DNA of 64,000 nucleotides, taken from the NCBI GenBank assembly GCA_965228735.1, contig OZ245838.1, forward strand, positions 6,080,001-6,144,000. The letters are read 5' to 3'. The stretch is from Planctomycetota bacterium. Its GTDB lineage: Bacteria > Planctomycetota > UBA1135 > UBA2386. This document shows positions 55,530 to 64,000 of this stretch, one piece after another (the stretch's first letter is position 1; each line of letters opens with the position of its first letter). The position numbers and the translations under genes were made by a program. The notes beneath the pieces were generated by a model. That model had not been told where the DNA came from and did no database searches. It worked only from the letters and a program-made list of their open reading frames with translations.

Positions 55530-58500
55530 CTAACGACCGCCGTTGCCGTTCGGCTGACCCGTGCCGGCGGGAGTCGCCTTTCCGAGCGTGCCCGTGACCG
55601 CATTGTCGCCGCTGCCGACCGAGACCGTTTGGGTCGTCGTCTCGTGGTCGCGGGCGCGCACGACCATGAGGTAGGTCCCGGGCGGCACCGATTCGAACTC
55701 GAACGCGCCGTCGCGGATGCGGGCGTTGTGCGCGCGGTTGCCGGGCGTGCGCATCCACTGGCCGAGATTCTCCGGCAGGGTGGTGACCCCCTGGAGCAGC
55801 GACACCGACGCGCGCACCGACTTCGGATCCGTGTCGTCCTCGGCGACGACCGTGCCGGTCAGCCGACTCGTGAACACGGTGACGTGTTGCTCGGTGACGC
55901 CGTTGATCGCGACGAACACCGGCTCTTCGTGCACCGTCGAGCGCTGCCGCGTCGTGACGCGCAGCGTGTACTGACCCGGGTTCACGCGGTCCATCTCGAA
56001 CGTGCCGTCGGCCTTGACCTCGGCGTTGCCGCCGCCGCCGAAGCGGCCGCCGCGCATCCGACTGAGGATGTCACGGCCGCCTGGGCCGTTCGCGCCGTTG
56101 CTGGTGCCGCTGTCGACCGCGCGCAGCTCGACGCGGAAGCCCTGCGCCGGTTCGCCGTTGTGCATCACCGTGCCGCGGACCGTGCCGAACTCGGCGCGCA
56201 GGACCTGCAGGTCCCGTTCGGCCGTCTCGCCGCCCTCGAGGCGCAGGTCGGGCAGCAGCTCGCCCGTCATGAACTGCGGCATGAGCTGGCGCAGGATGTC
56301 GCGGCGGGAGCCGACGTAGGCCCGCACGATGTAGCTGCCCGGCTCGAGGTCCTCGATGACGTAGCTGCCGTCGGACTGCACCTTGGACTGCTTCGGGCCA
56401 CCGCGGCCGAACATCCGGAACATCGCGCTGCCGGCGTCGCCGCCTTCCGGCACCATCATCGCGGTGACCTCGGCCTCGGCGAACTCGCCTTCGGCCAGGC
56501 CCGTGACCTCGCCGACGAGGCGGCCGAGCGGGCCCATGACGAACTTGCCGTCCGAGCGGTCGCCATCCAGTTCGATGGTCTGATCCTCAGGCTCGGCGAA
56601 GCCGTTGGCTTCGGCCGATACGCTATACCGACCGGCCGGCACGTGCGTGAAGAAGAACTCGCCGTCATCGTTGGTCTTGGTCTGCAGCCGCAGGCTGTTG
56701 CCGCCGCCCATGGCCATGAACGCGCGCATCATGCGTTCGCGCGGGTCGCCGCCGCGGCCGCGATCGCCGCGTCCGCCGGCCGGCGCTGCCGATTCGACCT
56801 CCTGGTCGACCGCGCGCAGTTCGACCTCCGCGCCGGCGATCGGCCGGTCCGTGTCGTCGAACACCACACCCGCGAAGTAGAGACCGCGATCGAGGCGGAT
56901 GGTGAGGCTCGGCGAGACTCCGTTCTGGCGCAGCTCGACCTCGGCGCTCGTGAAGAAGGCGTGATCGGACGACTGCACGCTCACCTCGTAGACGCCCTCC
57001 TGCAGGCCGGTCAGCACGAACTGACCGTCGGCGTGGCGCTCCGGCTTGCCGATGTTCGTCGGGCCGCCGAAGCCGCCCCAGCCGCCGCGTCCACCGCGGC
57101 CACGACCGCCGCGGTCGCCGCCCCGATCGCCGCCCCGGTCGTCGCCGCGGTTGCGGTTGCGGCGGGCCTGGTCCTCCATCGCTTCGCGCGCGTCGCGCAT
57201 CTGCTGGCGCAGCTGGTTGCGCGTTGCCTCGTCGAGGTTGCCGTCGCGCAGCTGCGCGCGGACGGCATTGAGGTCGATCGACTGGGCGCCGGGCACGGGC
57301 AGGCCGCGCACGCGCCGCGCTTCGATCGCGAATGTCGTCACGGGCTGGCTGTCGACGGCGTCGAGCACGACGCCGGCGATGCGCAGGCCGGTCTGCAGCG
57401 TGACGTAGATCGGCTGGCCGACCGTCGGGTCGAGGCCTTCCGCTTCGTAGTTGAGGTAGTCCTCGGCGCGCACCTCGAGGCGCATCGTGACGCCCGGCAG
57501 ATGCTCGAGCGTGAACTCGCCGCGTTCGTTGGTGGTCGTCGAGTGCGAGCGCCCGCCACCGAACGGTCCACCGCGGCCGGTATCCCGACCGCCTCGCTCG
57601 CGGCCGCCGCGACCGCGGTCGCGACCGCCGCCGCCCTGGCCACCGCCCTGGCCATTGCGCTCGCCGCGGCCGCCGGTGCTGCGCGCGGTGACGCGGGCCT
57701 TGGCCACGGGGGTGCCCTGCGGGTCGCGCACGATGCCCGTGAGCTCGAAGCCCGGGCCGAGCTGGATGTCCTCGACCTCGACGCGCTGGTCTTCGACGAC
57801 CTCGAACGTCGCGCTGCGGCCCTCGGTGTGGCGTTTGGCGGTCGCCGCCGTGTTCCAGTCGCCCGCGGGCAGGTGGGCGAGGCTGTAGTAGCCGTTGTTG
57901 TCCGTCGTGACCTCGGTCACGAACTCATCGCGGTTGCGCATCCAGCGCCATCGGTTGCGGCCCTGCGCGCCGGGGCGGATCGTCGCGTTGGCGATGCCGT
58001 TGCCCGCGAAGTCCGTGACGCGACCGACGACTTCTCCGCCGTTCTGCAGCACGACGTCCTCGAGCTGCAACACGATGCCCTCGGGCGTCGACTGGCCCTT
58101 CGCGCGCACGTCGCCGATGTCGCGGTCGACGATCCCGGGCGCGTGGAGCTTGCTGCGGACCTGCAGCGACACGCGCAGGTTGGCGAACGCGTTGCCCGCG
58201 AACGCGAACTGGCCGTCGCGGTCCGTGCGCACCGGCTCGGGAATGCGGCGGCGGTTGCCGCCGCGCCGGCGGTTGCTGCGCGAGTGTTCGAGGAACACGT
58301 CGGCGTTCTGGACCGGGGCGCCGTACTTGTCGACGACCCGGCCGCGCACGATGACCGCGACGCGGTCGCCGCCGTCATCGACGATCGGCACGCCGTTCTC
58401 GTCGATCTCGACGGCGGTGCGCTCGATCTCGGCGCTCGCCAGTTCGCCGGTCTCGGTCTCGGGGTCCTGGACCGTCGAGACCTCGTCGTCGGCGTTCCAT

Positions 58501-58607
58501 TGCACGAGCGGAACTTCGTCGGCTCCCCCGAACTGGGTCCAGGCGAGTGCTGCCGCGCCGGTCAGGAGAACGGCGCCGATCACGAGGGCTAGGGTCTGCT
58601 TCTGCAT
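55530..58607 (-). CDS. Exported carboxypeptidase-regulatory-like repeat protein with RG/RGG-rich linkers
   Basis: N-terminal signal/anchor; about 7 'GRVVD..G.P / TD..G.F / L.PG.Y' beta-sandwich repeats; Arg/Gly-rich insertions. Confidence 0.85.
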   Translation of the reverse strand: MQKQTLALVIGAVLLTGAAALAWTQFGGADEVPLVQWNADDEVSTVQDPETETGELASAEIERTAVEIDENGVPIVDDGGDRVAVIVRGRVVDKYGAPVQNADVFLEHSRSNRRRGGNRRRIPEPVRTDRDGQFAFAGNAFANLRVSLQVRSKLHAPGIVDRDIGDVRAKGQSTPEGIVLQLEDVVLQNGGEVVGRVTDFAGNGIANATIRPGAQGRNRWRWMRNRDEFVTEVTTDNNGYYSLAHLPAGDWNTAATAKRHTEGRSATFEVVEDQRVEVEDIQLGPGFELTGIVRDPQGTPVAKARVTARSTGGRGERNGQGGGQGGGGRDRGRGGRERGGRDTGRGGPFGGGRSHSTTTNERGEFTLEHLPGVTMRLEVRAEDYLNYEAEGLDPTVGQPIYVTLQTGLRIAGVVLDAVDSQPVTTFAIEARRVRGLPVPGAQSIDLNAVRAQLRDGNLDEATRNQLRQQMRDAREAMEDQARRNRNRGDDRGGDRGGDRGGRGRGGRGGWGGFGGPTNIGKPERHADGQFVLTGLQEGVYEVSVQSSDHAFFTSAEVELRQNGVSPSLTIRLDRGLYFAGVVFDDTDRPIAGAEVELRAVDQEVESAAPAGGRGDRGRGGDPRERMMRAFMAMGGGNSLRLQTKTNDDGEFFFTHVPAGRYSVSAEANGFAEPEDQTIELDGDRSDGKFVMGPLGRLVGEVTGLAEGEFAEAEVTAMMVPEGGDAGSAMFRMFGRGGPKQSKVQSDGSYVIEDLEPGSYIVRAYVGSRRDILRQLMPQFMTGELLPDLRLEGGETAERDLQVLRAEFGTVRGTVMHNGEPAQGFRVELRAVDSGTSNGANGPGGRDILSRMRGGRFGGGGNAEVKADGTFEMDRVNPGQYTLRVTTRQRSTVHEEPVFVAINGVTEQHVTVFTSRLTGTVVAEDDTDPKSVRASVSLLQGVTTLPENLGQWMRTPGNRAHNARIRDGAFEFESVPPGTYLMVVRARDHETTTQTVSVGSGDNAVTGTLGKATPAGTGQPNGNGGR

Positions 58608-58796
58608 GAGCGTTGTCGCGTGGGGCCGGGACGCGCGGGAGTGGCGCCGGGCCGCCCTCCTTTACGGCCGCGCCCCGCGTTTGCCGACAGCAAGACGCTG
58701 TAACGGTTATGCACCGCTGGCAGGGCCCGTGGGATGGGCACTACCGGCTGTGCTGCAGACCCTTACGACCGCGATCCCGGGGCCGTCGGAACGCCG

Positions 58797-60167
58797 CTAC
58801 TGTTGCAGCACGACGGCCGCCGGGGCGCTGGCCGCGATCACGCCGCCGGCCTGGTCGACCATCGCCGCCTGCGCACGGATCGTCAGGGCCGGCGTGAAGC
58901 CCGGGTTCGTGAGCGGCAGGCTGCCCGCGCCGGCGGCGTCGAGCGCGACGAAGTGGGTGTTCACGGGGATCAGCAGGCCCGTTCGCCACAGCAGGGGTTG
59001 CTCGAACCCGGGCACGGCGACGCTCGTGAACCCGGGGCCCTGCGGCAGGCCGAGCGCGATCAACGCGGCGCCGTTCTGCGGGCCGTCCGCGAGGTCGAGG
59101 GTGAACGCGCCCGCGGGGATCGGACTGGCGACGCTCGCGGTGAGCGTCGGGGCAGCGGGTCGCACGGTGCGGCGGTCGTTCGTGCTCGCGTAGTCGGTCT
59201 CGCGCACGAGCAGGCGGGTGCCGGCCGCCTGGAACGGTTCGAACACGCCGGCGCCGAAGCCGGCCCCGGCTGTCCGCGCGACCTGCAGTTCGGCCGCGCT
59301 CGTCGGCGTGCCGGAGTAGTCGATGAGCACCTTCACCGCCCTTGCCGGCCCGGTCGTGTCGTCGATCTCAGAGACGGCGTCGTTGAACCAGTCGACGAAC
59401 AGCAGGTCGTCGTCGCCGTCGAACGCGAGGTCACCGGCGCTGTCGAGCCCGGCGATCACGACCGTCGCGTTGGCCGGCGTGAGCACCTGCTGCGTCAGCA
59501 GGGCGAGGTCGACGACCGTCCGATCGAAGCGCAGCACGTCGGTCGCGCCGGGCGGCGTCGGGAACAGCGGGCTGCTCGTCGCGTAGCAGAGCGCCGCGTT
59601 GCGATCGACCGCGAGCGGGCCGGACGCGCCGGGGATCTGCGCGAGCAGCTGCGTGCTGCCGGTGTTGACGTCGACCGCCCAGAGGTCGTTGTCGTTCGCG
59701 CCGAAGCCGCCCGTCTTGGCGGAGACGATCACGCGGTTGCTGTCCCAGCGCACGGCGTCGTAGTTGAACGCGAGGGTCGCGAGCGGCTGGGTCGGCGGCG
59801 CGCCGTTGAGCGGCACGGCCCAGAGGTTGCCGTTCGAACTCTCGCCGAAGAGCACGAGGCCGGGCCCGGCCGCGATCGTGAAGGAGCCGAATACCGGCAT
59901 CGGCAGCGTGAGGAGCGCCCGGGTCTGGCCGCCGGCCGCGAGTTGCAGCGTCGTGCCATCGAAGTAGACGAGTCCGCCGGCGCCGGGCGTCCCGGCGCCG
60001 AGTGTCAGCACGTTGGCGGCGCCCGCGGGGAGCGCAGCGGCGGTCGAGTCGTAGCCCTCCGGCAGGGTTTGCGTGGTTGCCGTCGAGACCGTGAGAAGCG
60101 CCGCGATGAGGGCTGGGGCGAGGATGCCGCGAGGGGCACGAACGTTCGAACGAGCGGGAGTCGTCAT
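58797..60167 (-). CDS. Secreted beta-propeller-like protein, second gene downstream of the cobalamin riboswitch
   Basis: Signal peptide ...VSTATT|Q; blades such as 'SGPLAVD' and 'GDLAFDGDDDL'; ATGA overlap with the upstream paralog. Confidence 0.75.
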   Translation of the reverse strand: MTTPARSNVRAPRGILAPALIAALLTVSTATTQTLPEGYDSTAAALPAGAANVLTLGAGTPGAGGLVYFDGTTLQLAAGGQTRALLTLPMPVFGSFTIAAGPGLVLFGESSNGNLWAVPLNGAPPTQPLATLAFNYDAVRWDSNRVIVSAKTGGFGANDNDLWAVDVNTGSTQLLAQIPGASGPLAVDRNAALCYATSSPLFPTPPGATDVLRFDRTVVDLALLTQQVLTPANATVVIAGLDSAGDLAFDGDDDLLFVDWFNDAVSEIDDTTGPARAVKVLIDYSGTPTSAAELQVARTAGAGFGAGVFEPFQAAGTRLLVRETDYASTNDRRTVRPAAPTLTASVASPIPAGAFTLDLADGPQNGAALIALGLPQGPGFTSVAVPGFEQPLLWRTGLLIPVNTHFVALDAAGAGSLPLTNPGFTPALTIRAQAAMVDQAGGVIAASAPAAVVLQQ

Positions 60168-61504
60168 GGCAGCAGTTGCAGTGCGAGGGGGACAGAAGTG
60201 GCGTGGACGGTCGCGTTCGGCGCCGTCGCGAGGGCGATCGCCTGCGCGGTGACGGTGAGCGCGTAGCCGCCCGGATTCGTGATGGTGTGCGTGGTGCGCC
60301 CCGCGGTGTCGGTGGCCGGCATCGGCAGCGCGGACGCGAACGCGGCCGTCGGGAAGCCGAGCCACACGGGCAGCCCGTGCAGCGTGACCGCGGCGTGTTC
60401 GGCGGTCGGTGATCCGAACGCGAGCAGCGTCGCCGCGAGCGCGTTCGGTGGTGCGCCCGCGAACGTGAGCGTCGTGCTCGACGCGGCGGCAAGACTGCCG
60501 CCGCCGCTGCTCGTGAGCGTTGCGCGGGCCGGTTCGAGGCGCGCCACGGCGAAGCGCTGCAGGAAGTCCGAGTGCGCGATCAGCAGGCTGCCGGCGCGCT
60601 CGGTCGGTTGATACGCCGCGAACGGAGCGCCGCCGGTCGGTCGTTCGAGTTGGTGCAGCCAGAGCCCGGAGCGACCGCTGCCGACGTCGGCGATCGTCGC
60701 TGCGGGTGCGAGCATCCCGGGTGCCGATTGCGTGACGCGCGCGCTCGCGGGGTCGGTCGTGTAGGCCCGCCCGCGGTCGTCGAACGCGAGGTCGTAGATG
60801 CCGTCGTAGCCGGCGGCCACCGCCGTCGCCTGACTGCTCGTGAGCGCGGCGCCCGTCTGGATCGCCTGCTGCACGAGGTTGGCGGCGAAGCGCAGCAGGC
60901 GCGCCGTGCCCGGCGGCGGCGGCACCGTCGCGCCGAGCTCGGCGACGACGAGGTCACCGTTCGGGGCGAGGGCGAGCGGGCCCGACGGGCCGACGAGCGC
61001 GATGAGCTCGCGCGGCGTCCGGTGCGGGCCGGCGAGCCACACGCCGCAGTGGCTGCCGCTCGTCGGCCACGCCGGGTTCGCGTTGAGCAACACGTCGCCG
61101 TTCGGCAGCGCGATTGCGTCGAACGCGTTCTTCGGGCCGGCGAACGCGCGGAGTCGCAGTCCCGTCGTCGGATCGATCTCGCTGAGCCAGCCGCTGAACA
61201 ATTCGCCGACCAGGATCGCGCCCGCCGGGGTCGGCGCGAGGCAACCGAACGCTTCGCCCGGCGCGAGTTGGTGCAGCGCGCGAACCGCAGTATTCGGTCG
61301 GTGCAGTTCGAGAACGCGGCCGAGTCCGACGACGAACTCGTCGCGGCCGGGGAGCGGCACGATGCCGCGCACGTTGGCCGCGGCGCTCTCGTGGAGCACT
61401 TCGGGGGCTTTGAAGCCGGAGGCCGGTACGACGGCCTGGGCCGGGACCGTGCAGGCCAGCAGGGCCAGAGCCCACCCCAGTGGGGGGAGAACCAGGTGAT
61501 GCAT
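60164..61504 (-). CDS. Secreted beta-propeller-like protein, first gene downstream of the cobalamin riboswitch
   Basis: Signal peptide ...LACTVPA|Q; blades 'SGPLALAPNGDL' and 'YDLAFDDRGRAY'; ATG about 70 nt downstream of the aptamer. Confidence 0.75.
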   Translation of the reverse strand: MHHLVLPPLGWALALLACTVPAQAVVPASGFKAPEVLHESAAANVRGIVPLPGRDEFVVGLGRVLELHRPNTAVRALHQLAPGEAFGCLAPTPAGAILVGELFSGWLSEIDPTTGLRLRAFAGPKNAFDAIALPNGDVLLNANPAWPTSGSHCGVWLAGPHRTPRELIALVGPSGPLALAPNGDLVVAELGATVPPPPGTARLLRFAANLVQQAIQTGAALTSSQATAVAAGYDGIYDLAFDDRGRAYTTDPASARVTQSAPGMLAPAATIADVGSGRSGLWLHQLERPTGGAPFAAYQPTERAGSLLIAHSDFLQRFAVARLEPARATLTSSGGGSLAAASSTTLTFAGAPPNALAATLLAFGSPTAEHAAVTLHGLPVWLGFPTAAFASALPMPATDTAGRTTHTITNPGGYALTVTAQAIALATAPNATVHATSVPLALQLLP

Positions 61505-61574
61505 TGACCGCGGGCGTCTCGCGCGCCCGTGTGGGGTCGATCGAACCGGCAGCCGGGAGCGGCGTCCGGGCGAC

Positions 61575-61730
61575 TCGCGGGTGTTCTGGCTCCCGATTCG
61601 TCCTACTGGCTCACCTTCCCAGGGCCGCCGACGCGGCGGTCCCAGTGGCATTTCGAGCGGTCGTCCTCGGTGACAGCTGCGGGACAGCGCCGGATTCACA
61701 CCGGACTTCCCCGCGAGAGGCGCCCGCATG
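61575..61730 (-). ncRNA. Cobalamin (AdoCbl) riboswitch
   Basis: The minus strand reads GGGAAGTCCGGTGTGAATCCGGCGCTGTCCCGCAGCTGT...GCCACTGGG...CTGGGAAGG...GAGCCAGAACACCCGC. These hallmark B12-element motifs are in the expected order, with P1 GCGGG/CCCGC. Confidence 0.93.
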
Positions 61731-61987
61731 CTGCGCGAACGGGCTGTCCTGGTCAAGGCGGAGCCTCGTTCCGGCGCGATTGTGCCGGCAGCGGCCCGGA
61801 ATCCGCCCCTGGCGGCAAACGGGGGTTGTCAGAGGCCGGTCGCGGGCCCAAAACCTCAGTCGGCGCCGGCGAGCCGTTCGCCGCGCCTCTGTCCCAGATC
61901 CATGCGCCCAGACCGACGTTCTGAAGGCGTTCCCTGACCCGTGGCTCCCATTCCGTGGCCCAGATTGTCGATGGGCCCCGAACATCC

Positions 61988-62704
61988 ATGGCCCAGACGC
62001 TGCTAGCCGAGATCCGAAACCTGGCCGCCGCCAAGGGCTTCAATCTCGTCGGGGTCGTCGACGCCGAGCGCTTCGACGCCTGTCAGTCGCCGGGGCGCCG
62101 AATCGGCGAACTCATGGCGCGCTGTGACACGGCGGTTGTGGTCGGGTCGAGCGGCGTCAAGCTCGACGACCACACCGTGCAACTCGGGCTCGAATGTCTG
62201 GTCGCGCGGTTGCAGGAGGCGAGTCGGCGCGTGCGCGCGATCGGGTGTAGCCGGCACAAGCTCAGTTTCGCGCGGCTCGCGGACGCGGCTGGCTTCGGCA
62301 CCGTGTCCCCCGTTACCGGCATGCTGCTGCACCCCGAGTTCGGCCCGTGGGTGCGCGTGCACGACGTGCTGTTGCTCGAGGGGCGACCGTTCGGCCAGGT
62401 GCACGATGCATCGATCTCGGACCAGTTCCAGCCGTGCTGCAAGTGCGACGGCCAGCCGTGCCTCGAGCCGCGGCCGGCTACCGATCCGGCCCAGTTGGAT
62501 CCGGCCCAGTTGGATCCGGCCCAGTTGGATCCGGCCCAGTTCGATCCAGCCATGGGTTGCCCGGTCGGCGCGAAGCACAAGGCGACCGACGCGGCGCTGC
62601 AGTGGCCGGCGCCGGTGCCGATGTCGAAGGTGACGCGCGTCGCGTTCAACGCGCTGCGGCTCGTGCCGCAGCGGTTCATGGCGTTGCGGTTCTTCCGCCG
62701 CTGA
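61988..62704 (+). CDS. CblC(MMACHC)/QueG-fold cobalamin-binding-type protein with a degenerate Fe-S motif
   Basis: 'GFNLVGV', 'LADAAGFG..SP.TGMLLHPEFGPW' (HPxxGxW), 'PCCKCDGQPC' and 'GCPVG'. Confidence 0.65.
   Translation: MAQTLLAEIRNLAAAKGFNLVGVVDAERFDACQSPGRRIGELMARCDTAVVVGSSGVKLDDHTVQLGLECLVARLQEASRRVRAIGCSRHKLSFARLADAAGFGTVSPVTGMLLHPEFGPWVRVHDVLLLEGRPFGQVHDASISDQFQPCCKCDGQPCLEPRPATDPAQLDPAQLDPAQLDPAQFDPAMGCPVGAKHKATDAALQWPAPVPMSKVTRVAFNALRLVPQRFMALRFFRR
62483..62551 (+). repeat. In-frame 15-bp tandem repeat, 4.6 copies, encoding (DPAQL)n
   Basis: GATCCGGCCCAGTTG x3, then GATCCGGCCCAGTTC, then partial GATCCAGCC. Confidence 0.95.
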
Positions 62705-62725
62705 CGGCACGCCACTCGCCGAGCG

Positions 62726-64000
62726 TTACTTGCCGAGCTGACCGTTGAGCTGACGGGCGCCGTCGACCGCGGCGCGCAGGCCCGGGGCGTTCAACCCTTC
62801 GACCTCGACGAGCGCCGCGAGGTCGTCCCAGCCGAAGTCGCCGAGGTGCTTGCTCGAGCGCAGCAGCATGCCGAACGCCGCGGCGGCGGTCGCGACGTTG
62901 AAGTCGCGAGAGGCCGCGCCACCGGCGCCCGTGCCGAGCGCGAAGCTCGTCTCGCGCGCCGTGTCGCCGTGCGGCGGCTTGTAGCGCAGCCGCAGCGTCG
63001 CCGGGCCGCGACCGGGCTCGGGGTCGTTGCTGGTCGTCGGCATCGCCTCGGGGTCCGCACCGGGCACCGCGCGACCGGCCGGCACGAGCTCGTAGAGCGC
63101 GGTCAGGCTGTGGCCCGCACCGATCTCGCCCGCGTCCTTCTTGTCGTCGCGGAAGTCCTTCGCTGCCATCACGCGGTTCTCGTAGCCGATCAGGCGGTAG
63201 CCCGCGACGCGGCTCGGGTCGAACTCGACCTGCAGCTTGACGTCCTTCGCGACCGTCATCATCGACGCACCGAACTGTTCGACGAGCACGCGCCGCGCCT
63301 CGGTCAGCGTGTCGAGGTAGGCGTAGACGCCGTTGCCCTTGTTGGCGAGACGCTCGAGGCTGTCGTCCTTGAGGTTGCCGCCGCCGACGCCGAGCACCGT
63401 GAGGAACACGCCCGCGTCGCGCTTCTCCGCGATGAACGTCTCGAGCGCGTCCGCGCCGCGGATGCCGACGTTGAAGTCGCCGTCGGTGCACAGGATCACG
63501 CGGCTGATGCCGGCGCCCTTCTGGTTGCTCTGCGCGATCTCGTAGGCGCGCTGGATGCCGCCCGCGCCGTTCGTGCCGCCGCCCGTCCTGAGGTTGGTCA
63601 ACGCGAGGTGGATCTTGTCGTGCTCGTCACCGTTCGTCGCTTCGAGCGGCACGTGCACGCCCGCGGCGTAGGAGACGATCGCGACGGAGTCCTGCGGCCG
63701 CAGCTGGTCGACGAGCAGGCCCATCGCGCGCTTCACGAGCGGCAGCTTGTTCGCGCTGCGCATCGAGCCCGACACGTCGACGAGGAACACGAGGTTGCAC
63801 GGCGGCACCTTCGCGGCGTCGATCTCGCGCGTCTTGAGCGCGACCCGCATGAGTTCGTGGTCCGCGGCCCACGGGCACGGCCCGACCTCGCTGTGCACCG
63901 CGAACGCGTCGTTGCCCTGCGGCTCCGGGTCGCCGTAGTCCATCGCGTTGATGAACTCCTCGATGCGCACCGCGTCCTGGTTCGGCAGGCGACCTTCGTT
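62726..64000 (-). CDS. vWA domain protein (YfbK/DUF3520-like), 5' end beyond the window
   Basis: VRIEEFIN, NLVFLVDVSGSM (MIDAS), ILCTDGDFNVG, YRLIGYENR, DAGEIGAGH. Confidence 0.92.
   Translation of the reverse strand, partial: NEGRLPNQDAVRIEEFINAMDYGDPEPQGNDAFAVHSEVGPCPWAADHELMRVALKTREIDAAKVPPCNLVFLVDVSGSMRSANKLPLVKRAMGLLVDQLRPQDSVAIVSYAAGVHVPLEATNGDEHDKIHLALTNLRTGGGTNGAGGIQRAYEIAQSNQKGAGISRVILCTDGDFNVGIRGADALETFIAEKRDAGVFLTVLGVGGGNLKDDSLERLANKGNGVYAYLDTLTEARRVLVEQFGASMMTVAKDVKLQVEFDPSRVAGYRLIGYENRVMAAKDFRDDKKDAGEIGAGHSLTALYELVPAGRAVPGADPEAMPTTSNDPEPGRGPATLRLRYKPPHGDTARETSFALGTGAGGAASRDFNVATAAAAFGMLLRSSKHLGDFGWDDLAALVEVEGLNAPGLRAAVDGARQLNGQLGK

Noticed and set aside
54957..58592. 1211-aa plus-strand ORF (likewise 16478-19378, 47959-50673 and 9871-12522)
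   Set aside because: Shadow ORFs opposite well-supported genes; no recognisable domains.
61728..61756. Minus-strand TTGACC-N17-CAGCAT as the riboswitch promoter
   Set aside because: The -10 match is weak and abuts the predicted P1 strand, so the transcript would start inside the aptamer.
62483..62551. Direct repeats as a possible CRISPR array
   Set aside because: The 15-bp units are contiguous with no spacers, lie in frame inside a CDS, and no cas genes are present.

Overview
This is a very GC-rich, mostly core-genome window with about 55 CDS, two tRNAs (Leu-GAG, Ala-CGC) and no visible integrase, transposase or CRISPR array. The gene content suggests a Planctomycetota bacterium (inference). 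The evidence is a membrane-anchored ECF sigma with a long extracytoplasmic extension, carboxypeptidase-regulatory-like repeat proteins, lptFG, and secreted proteins with a shared C-terminal domain. Housekeeping genes include xseA/xseB, lipB, trxA, mrp, mutS, a cysteine desulfurase, lptFG and a thiolase-hbd-ACAD operon. The most notable observations are: (1) a clear cobalamin riboswitch upstream of two paralogous, unannotated secreted beta-propeller-like proteins with no BtuB in the unit, divergent from a CblC/QueG-fold gene, making a candidate undescribed B12 capture/processing locus; (2) two acyl-CoA dehydrogenases with complementary loss of FAD/catalytic motifs, predicting an obligate heteromer; (3) a family of long palindromic REPIN/MITE-like elements, three copies, all at convergent gene junctions; (4) XseA fused to a HARP-like domain, and an OB-fold/DEDDy exonuclease fusion; (5) a recurrent C-terminal domain and a Gln at +1 after the signal peptide in secreted proteins. 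All family calls come from motif recognition by eye, not from database searches.
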